A DNA stretch of 62,836 nt, counting the filler, from Chrysochromulina tobinii (lineage: Eukaryota): the NCBI GenBank assembly GCA_001275005.1. It is 6 parts of 6 records of this genome, joined end to end, with 100 filler letters (N's around TTAATTAATTAA, not from the genome) between each part and the next. Parts side by side here need not be neighbours in the genome. Positions count along the whole stretch, not along the records: positions 33,920 to 44,266 come from JWZX01000543.1; positions 44,367 to 60,010 come from JWZX01000544.1; 4 more parts are not named here. One strand, 5' to 3'. Of this stretch, positions 38,817-48,991 are shown piece after piece. Below the pieces are notes generated by a model that was not told the origin of the DNA, searched no databases, and saw only the letters and a program-made list of their open reading frames with translations. A program made the position numbers and the translations under genes. Position 1 is the first letter of the stretch. Every line of letters starts with the position of its first letter.

Positions 38817-40655
38817 CTAAAACTCCAACACAAATCCACCCCGGTCCTTCACCGCGTTGACCTTCAGCGCCTCCGCGATCGCCTTGGCACCCTCATCCCC
38901 GATGCTGTTCTGCCAGAGGATGAGCGTGGTCAGGACCGCGTTGACCTTCAGCGCCTCCGCGATCGCCTTGGCACCGTCGTCGCCGATGGAGTTGTAGCTC
39001 AACTCCAGGTTGGTCAGGACCGCGTTGACCTTCAGCGCCTCTGCGATCGCCTTGGCACCGTCGTCGCCGATCTTGTTACGATAGAGGGACAGCTTGGTCA
39101 AGACCGCGTTGACCTTCAGCGCCTCCGCGATTGCCTTGGCACCCTCAACCCCGATGTCGTTGCCTCTGAAGTCGAGAGTGGTCATCACCGCCGTGACCTT
39201 CAGCGCCTCCGCGATCGCGATGGCACCCTCACCCCCGATGTTGTTGCCTCCGAGGTTGAGGGTGGTCATCACCGCGTTGACCATCAGCGCCTCCGCGATT
39301 GCCATGGCACCCTCATCCCCGATGCCGTTGATCATGAGGAAGAGGGTGGTCAGGACCGCCATGAACTGCAGGTCAGACGCGATCAGGATGGCGTCGGCGG
39401 GTTGTAGGCCCTGAAACGAGAAGTCGGCCGCCGTCTGGTCGCGCGTCATGCCCGAGAGCATGATTCCCTTCTCAGCGCCCATCTTGGCGAGCTTCTTGGC
39501 TGACTCAACGTCGAACCTGTTTTTGAGCAAGTTGCAGCTCTTGAGCACCGACGTGGCAGGAATGAGAGAGGCGACAAGCATGGCCGCAGGCACGTGGAGC
39601 CCTCTATCGGACAAGTTGAGCACCTCGACGCTGTCCTCGCGCAGTTCCTGCACCGGAATGCCGCAAATGACTCCTAAGCCCGCACAGGCAACGGCTGCGA
39701 TCGTCAGCCTCAACGGTGGCTCTCCCTCGCCTGAGATGCAGCTGTTGAGAGCATACTTAGCAGCACCATGTAGCAAGGAAGGGCGGTGCCAATCGCCCAT
39801 CCCGCATTGCAGATCCGCGGCCCGAACGGCGGCCACGTCCACCACATAGCCGTAGCCATGGAGGCGCGCAAGCCCAGGCAGCATCCGCCCCGCTAGGGCC
39901 GCGTCCCCGGGCCGGCCGGCCTCGATGAGCTGCTCCACGTCAAGGTCGGTGATCTCATCCAGACGTGTGGGTACTGGCTGCCCGTCGCGGCGGCACAGGC
40001 GCGAGCAGAGGACACGTTGCGCCAGCGCCCGCCAAGATCGAGTCACGCCCTTGAGCTCGGCCAACGTGGCCACGTCCACCAGGCCCAGAGCAGCCTCCAT
40101 GGCGTCCGCCGAGAACGAGGGCTGCTGCAGCGGCTCGGGCGGTAACGTGGAGCTGGCCGGCTGCTGCGGCGCCTCAACGCCTTCCGGTACAAATGCCGGC
40201 TCGACGTGTGGCGGCGCGTGCTCCTCCGCGCTGTCAAAGTCACCACCCGCGCCGACGAGCGCGCAGAGTTCAGGAGCACGCTTGCCGTTGAGTTGGGAGG
40301 CGATCGCACGCTGGATGTGCTTGAGCGCGATGGGGGCGTCGATATAGAGGGCGTCCTCGATGAGCTGGAAGAGCTGGAAGAGCGAAGGCTCGTCAGAGCT
40401 CGGCCACGTGTAGTCTGGGTCATTCAGCTTGCACACCATCTGAAGCGTCGAGGCCGTGATCGTGGGCATGGGATAGATGCCATCCTCGGAGGTGGCGAGA
40501 TCCATCAGATCCTTCAAGGTGCCCATGAGTCGGGCTGCATCGCGCAATAACGTGACCTCCTCTCCGTCTCGCGCTCGCACGCGTATTTGCTCCTCGCGTT
40601 TGGCCTTCTTCGCCGTGGGCGCCACCACCTGCTCCTCGATCGACGTCGCACGCAT
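38817..40655 (-). CDS. Skp1-like + F-box-like + RI-type LRR (NLRC3-like) fusion protein
   Basis: IRVRARDGEEV...TLKDLM...PTITASTL (Skp1 POZ); LFQLIEDALYID...IASQLNGK...DFDSAEE (Skp1 C-terminal); ALGLVDVATLAELKGVTRSWRALA (F-box-like); 28-aa repeats IGDEGAKAIAEALKVNAVLTTL. Confidence 0.82.
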   Translation of the reverse strand: MRATSIEEQVVAPTAKKAKREEQIRVRARDGEEVTLLRDAARLMGTLKDLMDLATSEDGIYPMPTITASTLQMVCKLNDPDYTWPSSDEPSLFQLFQLIEDALYIDAPIALKHIQRAIASQLNGKRAPELCALVGAGGDFDSAEEHAPPHVEPAFVPEGVEAPQQPASSTLPPEPLQQPSFSADAMEAALGLVDVATLAELKGVTRSWRALAQRVLCSRLCRRDGQPVPTRLDEITDLDVEQLIEAGRPGDAALAGRMLPGLARLHGYGYVVDVAAVRAADLQCGMGDWHRPSLLHGAAKYALNSCISGEGEPPLRLTIAAVACAGLGVICGIPVQELREDSVEVLNLSDRGLHVPAAMLVASLIPATSVLKSCNLLKNRFDVESAKKLAKMGAEKGIMLSGMTRDQTAADFSFQGLQPADAILIASDLQFMAVLTTLFLMINGIGDEGAMAIAEALMVNAVMTTLNLGGNNIGGEGAIAIAEALKVTAVMTTLDFRGNDIGVEGAKAIAEALKVNAVLTKLSLYRNKIGDDGAKAIAEALKVNAVLTNLELSYNSIGDDGAKAIAEALKVNAVLTTLILWQNSIGDEGAKAIAEALKVNAVKDRGGFVLEF

Positions 40656-40807
40656 TCCTGCTTCGGTGTGCGCAAAAAAGGCTAGTTGGAGTCAATCAAC
40701 TAATTAGCAAGCAATCAAGGTGTTGGTGCCTTCTCTTCCGTAACGGCGCACAGCCGTTTCACAGCCGTTTCACAGCTCAGAACTGCGAAAGACCGGTTAG
40801 TCCATCC

Positions 40808-42507
40808 ATGGGAGCTGCTGGGATGTCTCTTCGGGTTGTCTCCGCGCTGCTTGCCACCGCAGCAGGCCACGCCGCTGACGACTCTTGCGTGGGCCACTGC
40901 GGTAGCTGGGCGCAGGACTGCTGGTGCAACGACGGTTGCGAAGCTCACCACGATTGCTGCCACGATTACGAGGCGGTGTGCGGCGGCTCTTCTTCGGCTG
41001 CTGATCTCATCAAGCTGGATGACTCTACGGCACGCTGCCTAGATGGCAGCGCGGGTGCCTACTACTGGCGCGAGGGCAAGGACCCCTCTTTAGTCCTCGT
41101 ATTCATGGAGGGGGGTGGTTGGTGTTACGACCCGGCCAACTACCCCACACAAGAGGGCACGATCTCTGACTGCCGATCGCGATCACAAACCTCCTTGGGC
41201 TCGAGTCGCTCGTGGGCTTCGAAGCGCAGCTTTGACGAGGGTATGCTCGCGTCAGATGTGAGCACCAATCCCGTCTTCCACAACTATTCCCTCTTGTACA
41301 TGCCGTACTGCGACGGCACCTCGTTCGCCGGCAACGTGAGCGGCACCGTGTCGGGCTTGTTCTTCCGAGGGCTGCAAATCCTCGAGGCGACCTTCGTGCA
41401 CGCGATGCAGCACACGAGCTTCGCGCGCGCATCGCGAGTCGTGCTCAGCGGCGGCTCGGCGGGCGGCACTGCCGTGCTGTGGCACGCCGATCGGATCGCG
41501 CGCCTGCTCACGACGAGGCGCCAGCTCGGCGACGTCGAAAGGGGCAAAAGGGGCCGAGGCGGATCGTCAGTGGAGGTGCTCGCGCTGCCCGACGCAGGCT
41601 TCTTCCTGGACCTCCCGACGTGGCAGGGCGTGGACGTGTGGCCGGCGCAGATGCGCTCGATGGCATCTGTGTCCAACAGTTACAGCAGTCTGCATGCGGG
41701 CTGCCTCGCCAAGTACGCTGCTGAGCCAGAGCGCTGCCTCTTCCCACAGTACTATGCCGAGCTGATCGAGACACGCACGATGCTCGTCCAGAGCCTATAT
41801 GACTCGAGCGAGCTCTGGTACACGCTGATGCTCGACTGCTGCGCGGGCCCGTGCTCGGGCTACCCGACATGCAAGTCGGGAGGCACGGAGCGCTCTCAGA
41901 TGTTCGCTTTGCGCCAGCAGCACATCGATGCGTGGAGGCCTCTTGTGAATCGCTCAGGTAAGCCATCGGAGTGGGAAAAGAGCAGCGTCAGAGCGTCCCT
42001 CCGTGTGGGCAATCAAACGGTCGATCGCATGCAACAACATCGAGCATCTGACTGCATCTGATGGCGGCGGAGCCACTGATGACTTGCATTGCCTCTGATG
42101 AGTGCCCGTGACTTGCAGTGCCGCTGATGATGGTTTGCACTGATTGCCACTGATCATTGCCACTGATGATTTGTGTATGCACGCCCTACTTATTGTTTAC
42201 CGGCGCACTGCCATCAATGATTGTCGCGGATGATGATTGCCACGGATTGCCACAGTTGATTGCCACTGCATGATTGCCGCTGGGCGATCGCCACGAATTG
42301 ATCGCAGGTAACGGCGTCTGGGCAATCGCATGTATCGAGCACACGCTCACGAGCGCACATTGGACAGACCCTCTCTGGGAGACACCGGCGCGGAGCGGCA
42401 ATACCATAGCGGCCGCGGTGCGGCGCTGGTTGGATGGAGGGGCAGAGGTGCGCCTGGAGGACTCCGTTGAGTGGCCTGCCAATCAGCCCTGCAGCTCGGC
42501 AGACTAG
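40808..42507 (+). CDS. Secreted pectin acetylesterase/Notum-family esterase with N-terminal somatomedin-B domain; exons 40808-41957 and 42308-42507
   Basis: SMB SCVGHC...CWCNDGCEAHHDCCHDYEAVC; CLDGS, EGGGWC, PYCDG, GGSAGG, DAGFFLD. Removing a GT-AG intron at 41958-42307 adds the family-like end NGVWAIACIEH...WPANQPC. Confidence 0.9.
41958..42307 (+). other. Spliceosomal intron (350 nt) rich in TGATGA/TGATTGCCAC units
   Basis: CAG|GTAAG donor and CGCAG|GTAAC acceptor; phase-1 removal restores the frame. Confidence 0.85.
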
Positions 42508-42546
42508 GAAGAGCGGGAGGTTTGGTTTTTTTTTCTCTGCTTTTTC

Positions 42547-44266
42547 ATGTTCACACCGGCCAGCATGTTCCCTCGCTCTTGCATGGAAATGACCGACTCG
42601 TTGAACAGCAGCAGCAGCAGCACCGACTCGCCTAAGATCAAGTGGGCAAAGAAGCCCGCGTCCTCGGCATCCGCCGAGCTGGGAAAGCAACTTCGCGAGT
42701 CATGCGCAGATCGGAGCGGTCCGATCTCAGACTCACTCGCCGTCGTTCGCGCGCTGCTCGCCACCGAGGGCTGCGATTGCAACATGCCCAATCGGAACGG
42801 GAAGACGGCCATCCACTTCGCGGCGCAGCTGCGCAGCGATACCGAGGTGCTCGCCCTGCTCGTCGAGGCCCACGCGGACGTGAACGTCGCTACGCACCGC
42901 GGGCACACGCCGCTCATCTACGCGGCCGGCCGCTGCCGCCCTCAAACAGTGGAGTTCCTCTTAGACCACGGGGCCGACGCGGCCACCTGGACGGTGAATG
43001 GCGATTGCGCGGTCTCGATGGGCCGCAGCAAGGGACTGCCCGCCGAGCTGCTGCAGCGCCTCATCGATAACCAGAAGGCGAGCGCCAACCCGCGCGAGTT
43101 CAAGGACAATGAGCGCGCACAGCGCGCACAGGAGGAGCACCGGAGCTCATGTGCAGTCTGCCGCCGCCAGTTCGTCGCGCTCGGCGCGGCGCCTGCCGTC
43201 GGCGAGGACGCGGTCGAGCTCGCCGCGCAGCTCGGGGCAGCGGCTGCGCTCGGCACCACGGCCCTCTCCGCGGCGCTTCTGAAGGCCGCCTCCCTCGACG
43301 CGAGCGCGCTGCGTCGAGCACTCGAGTTTAGCCTGAGTGCCGGAGGGCGGCCAGCGCCCGGCACGGCGCCCGACGCGGCGCCAGGTGCGGTGCCCGTCAC
43401 GGCGCCCGGTGCGGACGCCCACACGACATCCACATCGGCGTGGGCGCACGATCGGCGTGGGCACGTGTTGACGACGACGCCGGCCACAGCGCCGGCACTC
43501 GATGCATGCACGCCCATTTTGGTTCCGAGCGCAACCTCCGATGCATGCACGCCCATTTTGGTTCCGAGCGCCACCTCCGGTCGCTCCATCGCTCTGACGG
43601 CTCTGCCGCGCATCGGCGGCCGCTGCCATTTTGACCGTCACTATACGTTTCGATCGCTTGGGAGCTTTGGGACGATGGCGCGCATGCTGTACGTGATGAC
43701 GTCCAATGAGGACCGCCTGACGCCCGCCCACGTGGTCATGTGGACCCTCGAGATCATCACGAGCTCAGCCCCCGTGATCGTCTACCTCAACTTCCGCTCC
43801 GAACGACATTTGGAGATGGGAGCCGCTGCCGAGTGGCTCTCACACGCAGGCTGGGACCGGCGGGCCGACCTCACCTCCAGCGTCACGTCCGGCGCACCCA
43901 ACGGGCCGTATGCAGGGCCCGTGTTCTCAAAGGTATTTGAGCCGTGCGAGGTGCGCTCATCACGGCGCTCCGTGCAGCTGATGGGCTCGGAGTACTGGGA
44001 AGGGACCTACCTCGTGTTCGTGCAAACGCTGCCGCCGACCGACGACGAGGACGACGACGAGGAGGACGACGACGAGGAGGAGGACGAGGAGGAGGAGGAC
44101 GAGGAGAAGGGCGCGACGAGGAAGGAGGCCAATGCGGAGGTCGTGAGTGATTTGGCCACGCTAGCTGGTGGGTTGGCATTCAATGCGGCGCAAGCCGCCG
44201 ACGATGAGGGTGGCGAGGGGGGCGAGGGGGGCGAGGCGGGTGGTGAGGCTGAGGCTGGAGCCGAGG
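42547..44266 (+). CDS. Ankyrin-repeat protein with a C-terminal beta-rich domain and acidic tail (3' truncated)
   Basis: GKTAIHFAAQ, GHTPLIYAAG; later HFDRHYTF...YVMTSNED...VYLNF...YLVFV; exact 13-aa duplication DACTPILVPSATS; D/E tract. Confidence 0.8.
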
Positions 44267-44366
44267 NNNNNNNNNNNNNNNNNNNNNNNNNNNNNNNNNN
44301 NNNNNNNNNNTTAATTAATTAANNNNNNNNNNNNNNNNNNNNNNNNNNNNNNNNNNNNNNNNNNNN
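44267..44366. other. Artificial contig spacer
   Basis: N44-TTAATTAATTAA-N44. Confidence 0.99.
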
Positions 44367-46657
44367 GCCCGCGCCGCCCGCCGCGCCGCCCGCGCCGCCC
44401 GCCGCGCCGCCCGCGCCCCCGCGTTCGGCACTCGAGAGTCTTGCGAGCGCACTCGCAGACGCGATGGCCGCCTCGGCCGCCGCCACTGCCGCCGTGGCTG
44501 CCCTCGCAGCCGATCCAAAACCGGTGTCCGTCCAAGGCGGCGGCGGCGGTGGCGGTTGGCTGCAGCTCTGCAACATTGTCTTGGTGCCACTCGGAAGCGC
44601 ACTGGGCGCCGTGGTGAGCGCCGTGGTGGGCGCCGTGGTGGGCGCCGTGCCGAGCGCCGCACTGGGCAGCGCAGCGGGCGATGAGGGCCGCGGCAGCGCG
44701 GGCGCCATGACGTGCATGCCGTCGGGCTCGGGAAGGCTTGTCGTAGCCTCAAGTACCGGATCCACGGCCGCGCTCACCGCCAGTAGCGTGGCCCACAGCG
44801 CCGTCTTGAGCTCCTGCTCGGCCGCGAGCGCAACCGCCATCTGCGCATTCACCTCACACAGCCGCGGCATGGGCGACAGGTCATAGGCGAGCCGAGCCGC
44901 CTCCATCTCGACGTAGAGCTCGCGCCGGCACCGTTCGATCTCATTCTCAGCGGTCGCATCGCGCGCGCGCAGCACCGCGACCTCGGAACGCAACGCCGCC
45001 TCGCGCGCCTCCGCGGACGCGCGCACCTGATGAGGGAGGCCATCAGTGGTCATCAAAGGCCATCCGAGCCATCAGAGGCAATCTGGCGCGCACCTCGCGC
45101 AGCTCGGCATGGACTTCGCTCAATGCCGAGGCTGCCTTGCGCCGCACGTCGAGCACCGCCTCTGCCGCCGCGCTCTCAGCGCGCCGAATCTCACGGGATG
45201 CCTCCGCACGCGCCTCTGCTGCGCGTCGTTCGACCTCATTCTCGCAGCGCTCTCTGTGGCGCGCGCCCTCGGCCTCGAGCTCGTGGGCGTGGCGTGAGCG
45301 CACCTGATGAGGGAGGCCATCAGTGGTCATCAAAGGCAATCAGAGCTCGTGGGCGTGGCGTGAGCGCACCTGATGAGGGAGGCCATCAGTGGTCATCAAA
45401 GGCAATCAGAGCTCGTGGGCGTGGCGTGAGCGCACCGCGGCCTCAGCCTCTTCTATCGAGCGCAACCTGGCAAGCGCCACGTCGCGCTCGGCCTGCGCCT
45501 CGAGGGTCCGGCGCTCCCAGCCGTTACACGACTCGAGTGCGCCCATGCTCGCCTCGTGCGCCTCGCGAAGCCGTGCCTCCGCTGCCTCCGTCGCGGCACG
45601 CTCGCGGCCCATGGCCTCGCGTTCGCGCCGCGCCTCGTCCTGGGCACGCCGCACCTCCGCCTCATGGCGCCTGCTCGCTTCGTCGGCAGCGCGCCCCTGC
45701 TCCTCGGCTTGCTGCCGCTGCTGCTCCGCCCGGTGCGAGCGCTCCTCGGCGTCACGCGCCTTCTGCTGAGCGTCGTCTCGGGCGATGTGTGCCGTGCGCA
45801 CCTGATGAGGGAGGCCATCAGTGGTCATCAAAGGCAATCAGAGCGTCGTCTCGGGCGATGTGTGCCGTGCGCACCTGATGAGGGAGGCCATCAGTGGTCA
45901 TCAAAGGCAATCAGAGCGTCGTCTCGGGCGATGTGTGCCGTGCGCACCGCCTCCTCGAGCGCTCGAATCCGCCCGTCGTCCACCTGCCGTTGCTGCTCGA
46001 GCGCCTGCTGCTGCTGCGCCTGCCGCTGCTGCTGCGCCTGCTGCTGCTGCGCCTGCTGCTGCTGCTGCGCCTGCTGCTGCTGCGCCTGCTGCTGCTGCTG
46101 CTCCTGCTGCTGCTTCTCCTGCTGCTGCGCCTGCTGCTGCAAGGCTTGCCGCAGCTTGGCCTCCGTCTCCTCGAGCTTGGCCTCGAGCTCGCGTCGGTGC
46201 GCCTCCTCCTCCTGCTTCGCAGCGGCGGCGGCTTTGCCTCGTGCTCCCGGCAGCGGCGGTGGCACGTGCGGCGGAGGGGACGTACTCGCGCTCACGCTTG
46301 CCGTCGCCGTCGCCGTCGCCCCTGCCGCCGCCGCCGCCGCCGTCTCGGCCAGCAGCATCTCCACCGCCGCGCTCTGTGCCCTCGAGGCGGCCTCGGAGGC
46401 CGAGCGCAATCTCGCCTCGCTCTCGCGCAATCTCGCCTCGCTCTCGTGCAATCTCGCCTCGCTCGCGCGCAATCTCGCCTCGCTCTCGCGCAACCTCGCC
46501 TCGATCTCGCGCAATCTCGTGCCCTTCTCGGCGAGCTGAGTCTCGTACTGCTGGGCGCGCTCGTCGCTCGCGACGAGACGCGCTTCACTCGCCTCAAGAT
46601 CGCGCGAGATCGCCTCGAGATCGAGGAGGGCCTTGCGCAGCGCCTGCTGCTGCAGCG

Positions 46658-46689
<32 letters not shown>

Positions 46690-46705
46690 GCCTGCTGCTG
46701 CTGCG

Positions 46706-46743
<38 letters not shown>

Positions 46744-48428
46744 AAGGCTTGGCGCAGCTTGGCCTCCGTGTCCTCGAGCTTGGCCTCGAGCTCGCGTCGG
46801 TGCGCCGCCTCCTCCAGCTTCGCCGCGGCGGCGGCTTTGCCTCGCGCTCCCGGCAGCGGCGGTGGCACGTGCGGCGGAGGGGACGTACTCGCGCCGGCCG
46901 ACGGGCCGCGCGTCCCGCCCGTCCCGCCCACGACGACGCGCTGCCGCTCCGTGCCGAGCTCGACCAGCATCGCCTGCGCCTGCGCCTCGAGCGCAGCGTC
47001 GCCAACGTACCTCCCCACCGGCGCCAGCGGTGGCGGCGGCGTGGCCGTGGACGCCGTGGCGGCGGCGGCGGCCGCGCGCTGCAGCTGTGCGCGCATCGCC
47101 GCCACTTCTTCCTTGAGAGCTGCCTCCCTCGCCGCCTGTGCCGCGTTCAAGGAGGCCTGAGCCTGCGCCTCGGCAGCGCTTGCTGCGTCACCGGCGGCGG
47201 CAGCTCCGATGCTCATCTTGCGGGCTAGCCGCAGGTGCTCAGCCAGTTTTTCGCCCATGACGCGCTCGTCCTGAAGCGCCGTCTCGAGCCTCTCGACGTG
47301 AGCGGCGCTTGCATGCAGGCTCGAGGTGAGTCCGCTCGACTCGACCTGCAGAGCCGAGAGGCTCGAGTGGAGCTCCGAGATCCGAGTTTCGTTCATCTCG
47401 ATTTGGCGCTCGAACTCCGCCTGCTGCGAGGCCGCTGCCGCCGTGCTCTGCAAGAGCTCCTCGGTCTTGACGCTCAGCATGCGGCGCTCCCGTTCGAGCT
47501 CGGACTGCAGCTGCTGCACCTCCACGACCTCGGACTGCAGCTCCTCACGCAACGACGCCTCGGACTCTGCGTGGCGTACGGCCGTTGACGCCTTGGACTC
47601 CAACTCGGAGGCGAGCGTCGTCCTGAGCATGCTCGCCTCGTGCGCGTGTGCGTGCGACTGGTCGAGCGCCGCTTCGAGCGCCTTGCGCTGCTCGAGCGCG
47701 CCCTCGCGCGCCTCCTTCCTCGTCGCCTCCAGCTGCGCCCGTAGCGCATCCAGCTCCAACCGCGTCCCCTCGGCGCTCGACCGCTGCCGCTGGAGGAGTA
47801 TCCTCTCCTCGCTCAGCTCCTCGCGCAGCGCGGCGAGCGCGCGCTCGTGGTGCGCGCGCTCGCGAAAGAGCTCATCCTTGGACGCCTCGAGCGCGCGCTG
47901 CAGCTCGGCCGTGCTCGCCTGGCGCTCCTTGAGCGTGCTCTCGGCCTTGTCCCGCGCCTCCTCCACCTTCCTGAGCTCCTTCTTGAGGTCGTGGAGCTCC
48001 CGGTGCCGCTTCTCCTTCTCGCGTTCCAAGTCCTCGGCGGCCGAATTCTTCATGTGTTTGAGCGCCTCGTGCAGCTTCTGGATCTCGAGGTGCGAAGTGT
48101 CGCGCAGCGCCTTGATGTCGAGCTGCGCCGATGCAAGCTGGTCACGGAGCACCCGAGTGTTGATCTCGTGCGTATGATCGCTTACGAAGACCTCCGTGCC
48201 CGCAGGGTGATCGAGCGCGTCAATACTCTGCTTGACGAGCGCATCGAGAGCGTCGCCATCGCTCGTGCTCCTCCGGTGTCGGTGCTTACGCCGGTGCTCG
48301 GCGGGTTGCTCCGGCTCCGCCACGCCGAGAAAGTTGGCAAGCGCGGCCGTGCCAAACGACGGCGCGCTCGGCAGAGTTCGGCCGATCCGCGAGAATATGC
48401 CAGCAGCAGACGGGACTGGATCAGCCAT
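44367..48428 (-). CDS. Long coiled-coil/polyQ protein; exons 48428-45948, 45801-45436, 45303-45094, 45026-44367 (3' truncated)
   Basis: Four consecutive E/R/A/Q-rich ORFs join in frame (EEA|VRTAH, EAA|VRSRH, LRE|VRASA) once three GT-AG introns are removed. Confidence 0.82.
45027..45093 (-). other. Introner-like intron (67 nt)
   Basis: GTGCGCGC (8-nt copy of the downstream exon start) ... GCCTTTGATGACCACTGATGGCCTCCCTCATCAG. Confidence 0.85.
45304..45435 (-). other. Introner-like intron, tandem 2 x 66 nt
   Basis: Unit = 27-nt copy of the downstream exon start + 39-nt module TGATTGCCTTTGATGACCACTGATGGCCTCCCTCATCAG. Confidence 0.88.
45802..45947 (-). other. Introner-like intron, tandem 2 x 73 nt
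   Basis: Unit = 34-nt copy of the downstream exon start + the same 39-nt module. Confidence 0.88.
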
Positions 48429-48991
48429 GGCGATGGGCAATTCCGCGTCAGACCGTCAGTCCACACCGAGAGAAGGGTTTGCGTCGAGTGTGCCGCCGTT
48501 TTTGAGCGCTATCGTGGGCACTATCTGTATTGGGCGTCACGTGTGATCCGGGGATCGCGTTCCTTTATCTTCCGTGAAAACGAAAGCACACCGAAATCAC
48601 AAAGTCAGTCCATGTTTGTGACAAGTCAAGTCAGGTCAAAGTCCTGTGTTTCTGTGTGTTCAGACTGTGAACGTCAACACGACAGACGCGACAACCGGTG
48701 CTACAGCAATGTTACTGCCCGACTGTGTGATAAAGTCAAGACTCCTTCAGAAGTCAAGTCCATTGACAATATAAATCAACTGGGCTGTTACTTAAGGTTT
48801 CTCTATCTCGTGTGGCTCACAAGTCTTACAATTGAAGATGGCAATGGATCACTCACCCATCTTGGATGCCCCGTTGTGAAAAGTTCGCGTCAATTCGAAA
48901 CAAAGTTTCGTCGCCGAGAAAGATTCTTTCGCGCCGGCGCTGGCGGAGCAGAATGCAGGGGGAGGAGAATTGAGTACACACCAACAGCGTG

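Noticed and set aside
38517..39407. + strand ORF with DRVDLQRLRDRLG repeats
   Set aside because: Antisense shadow of the LRR gene. Most other overlapping ORFs in the track are similar high-GC shadows.
45027..45947. 39-nt repeat with 27-34-nt intervening segments read as a CRISPR array
   Set aside because: The intervening segments are copies of the adjacent exon, and the units have GT-AG ends whose removal restores the reading frame.
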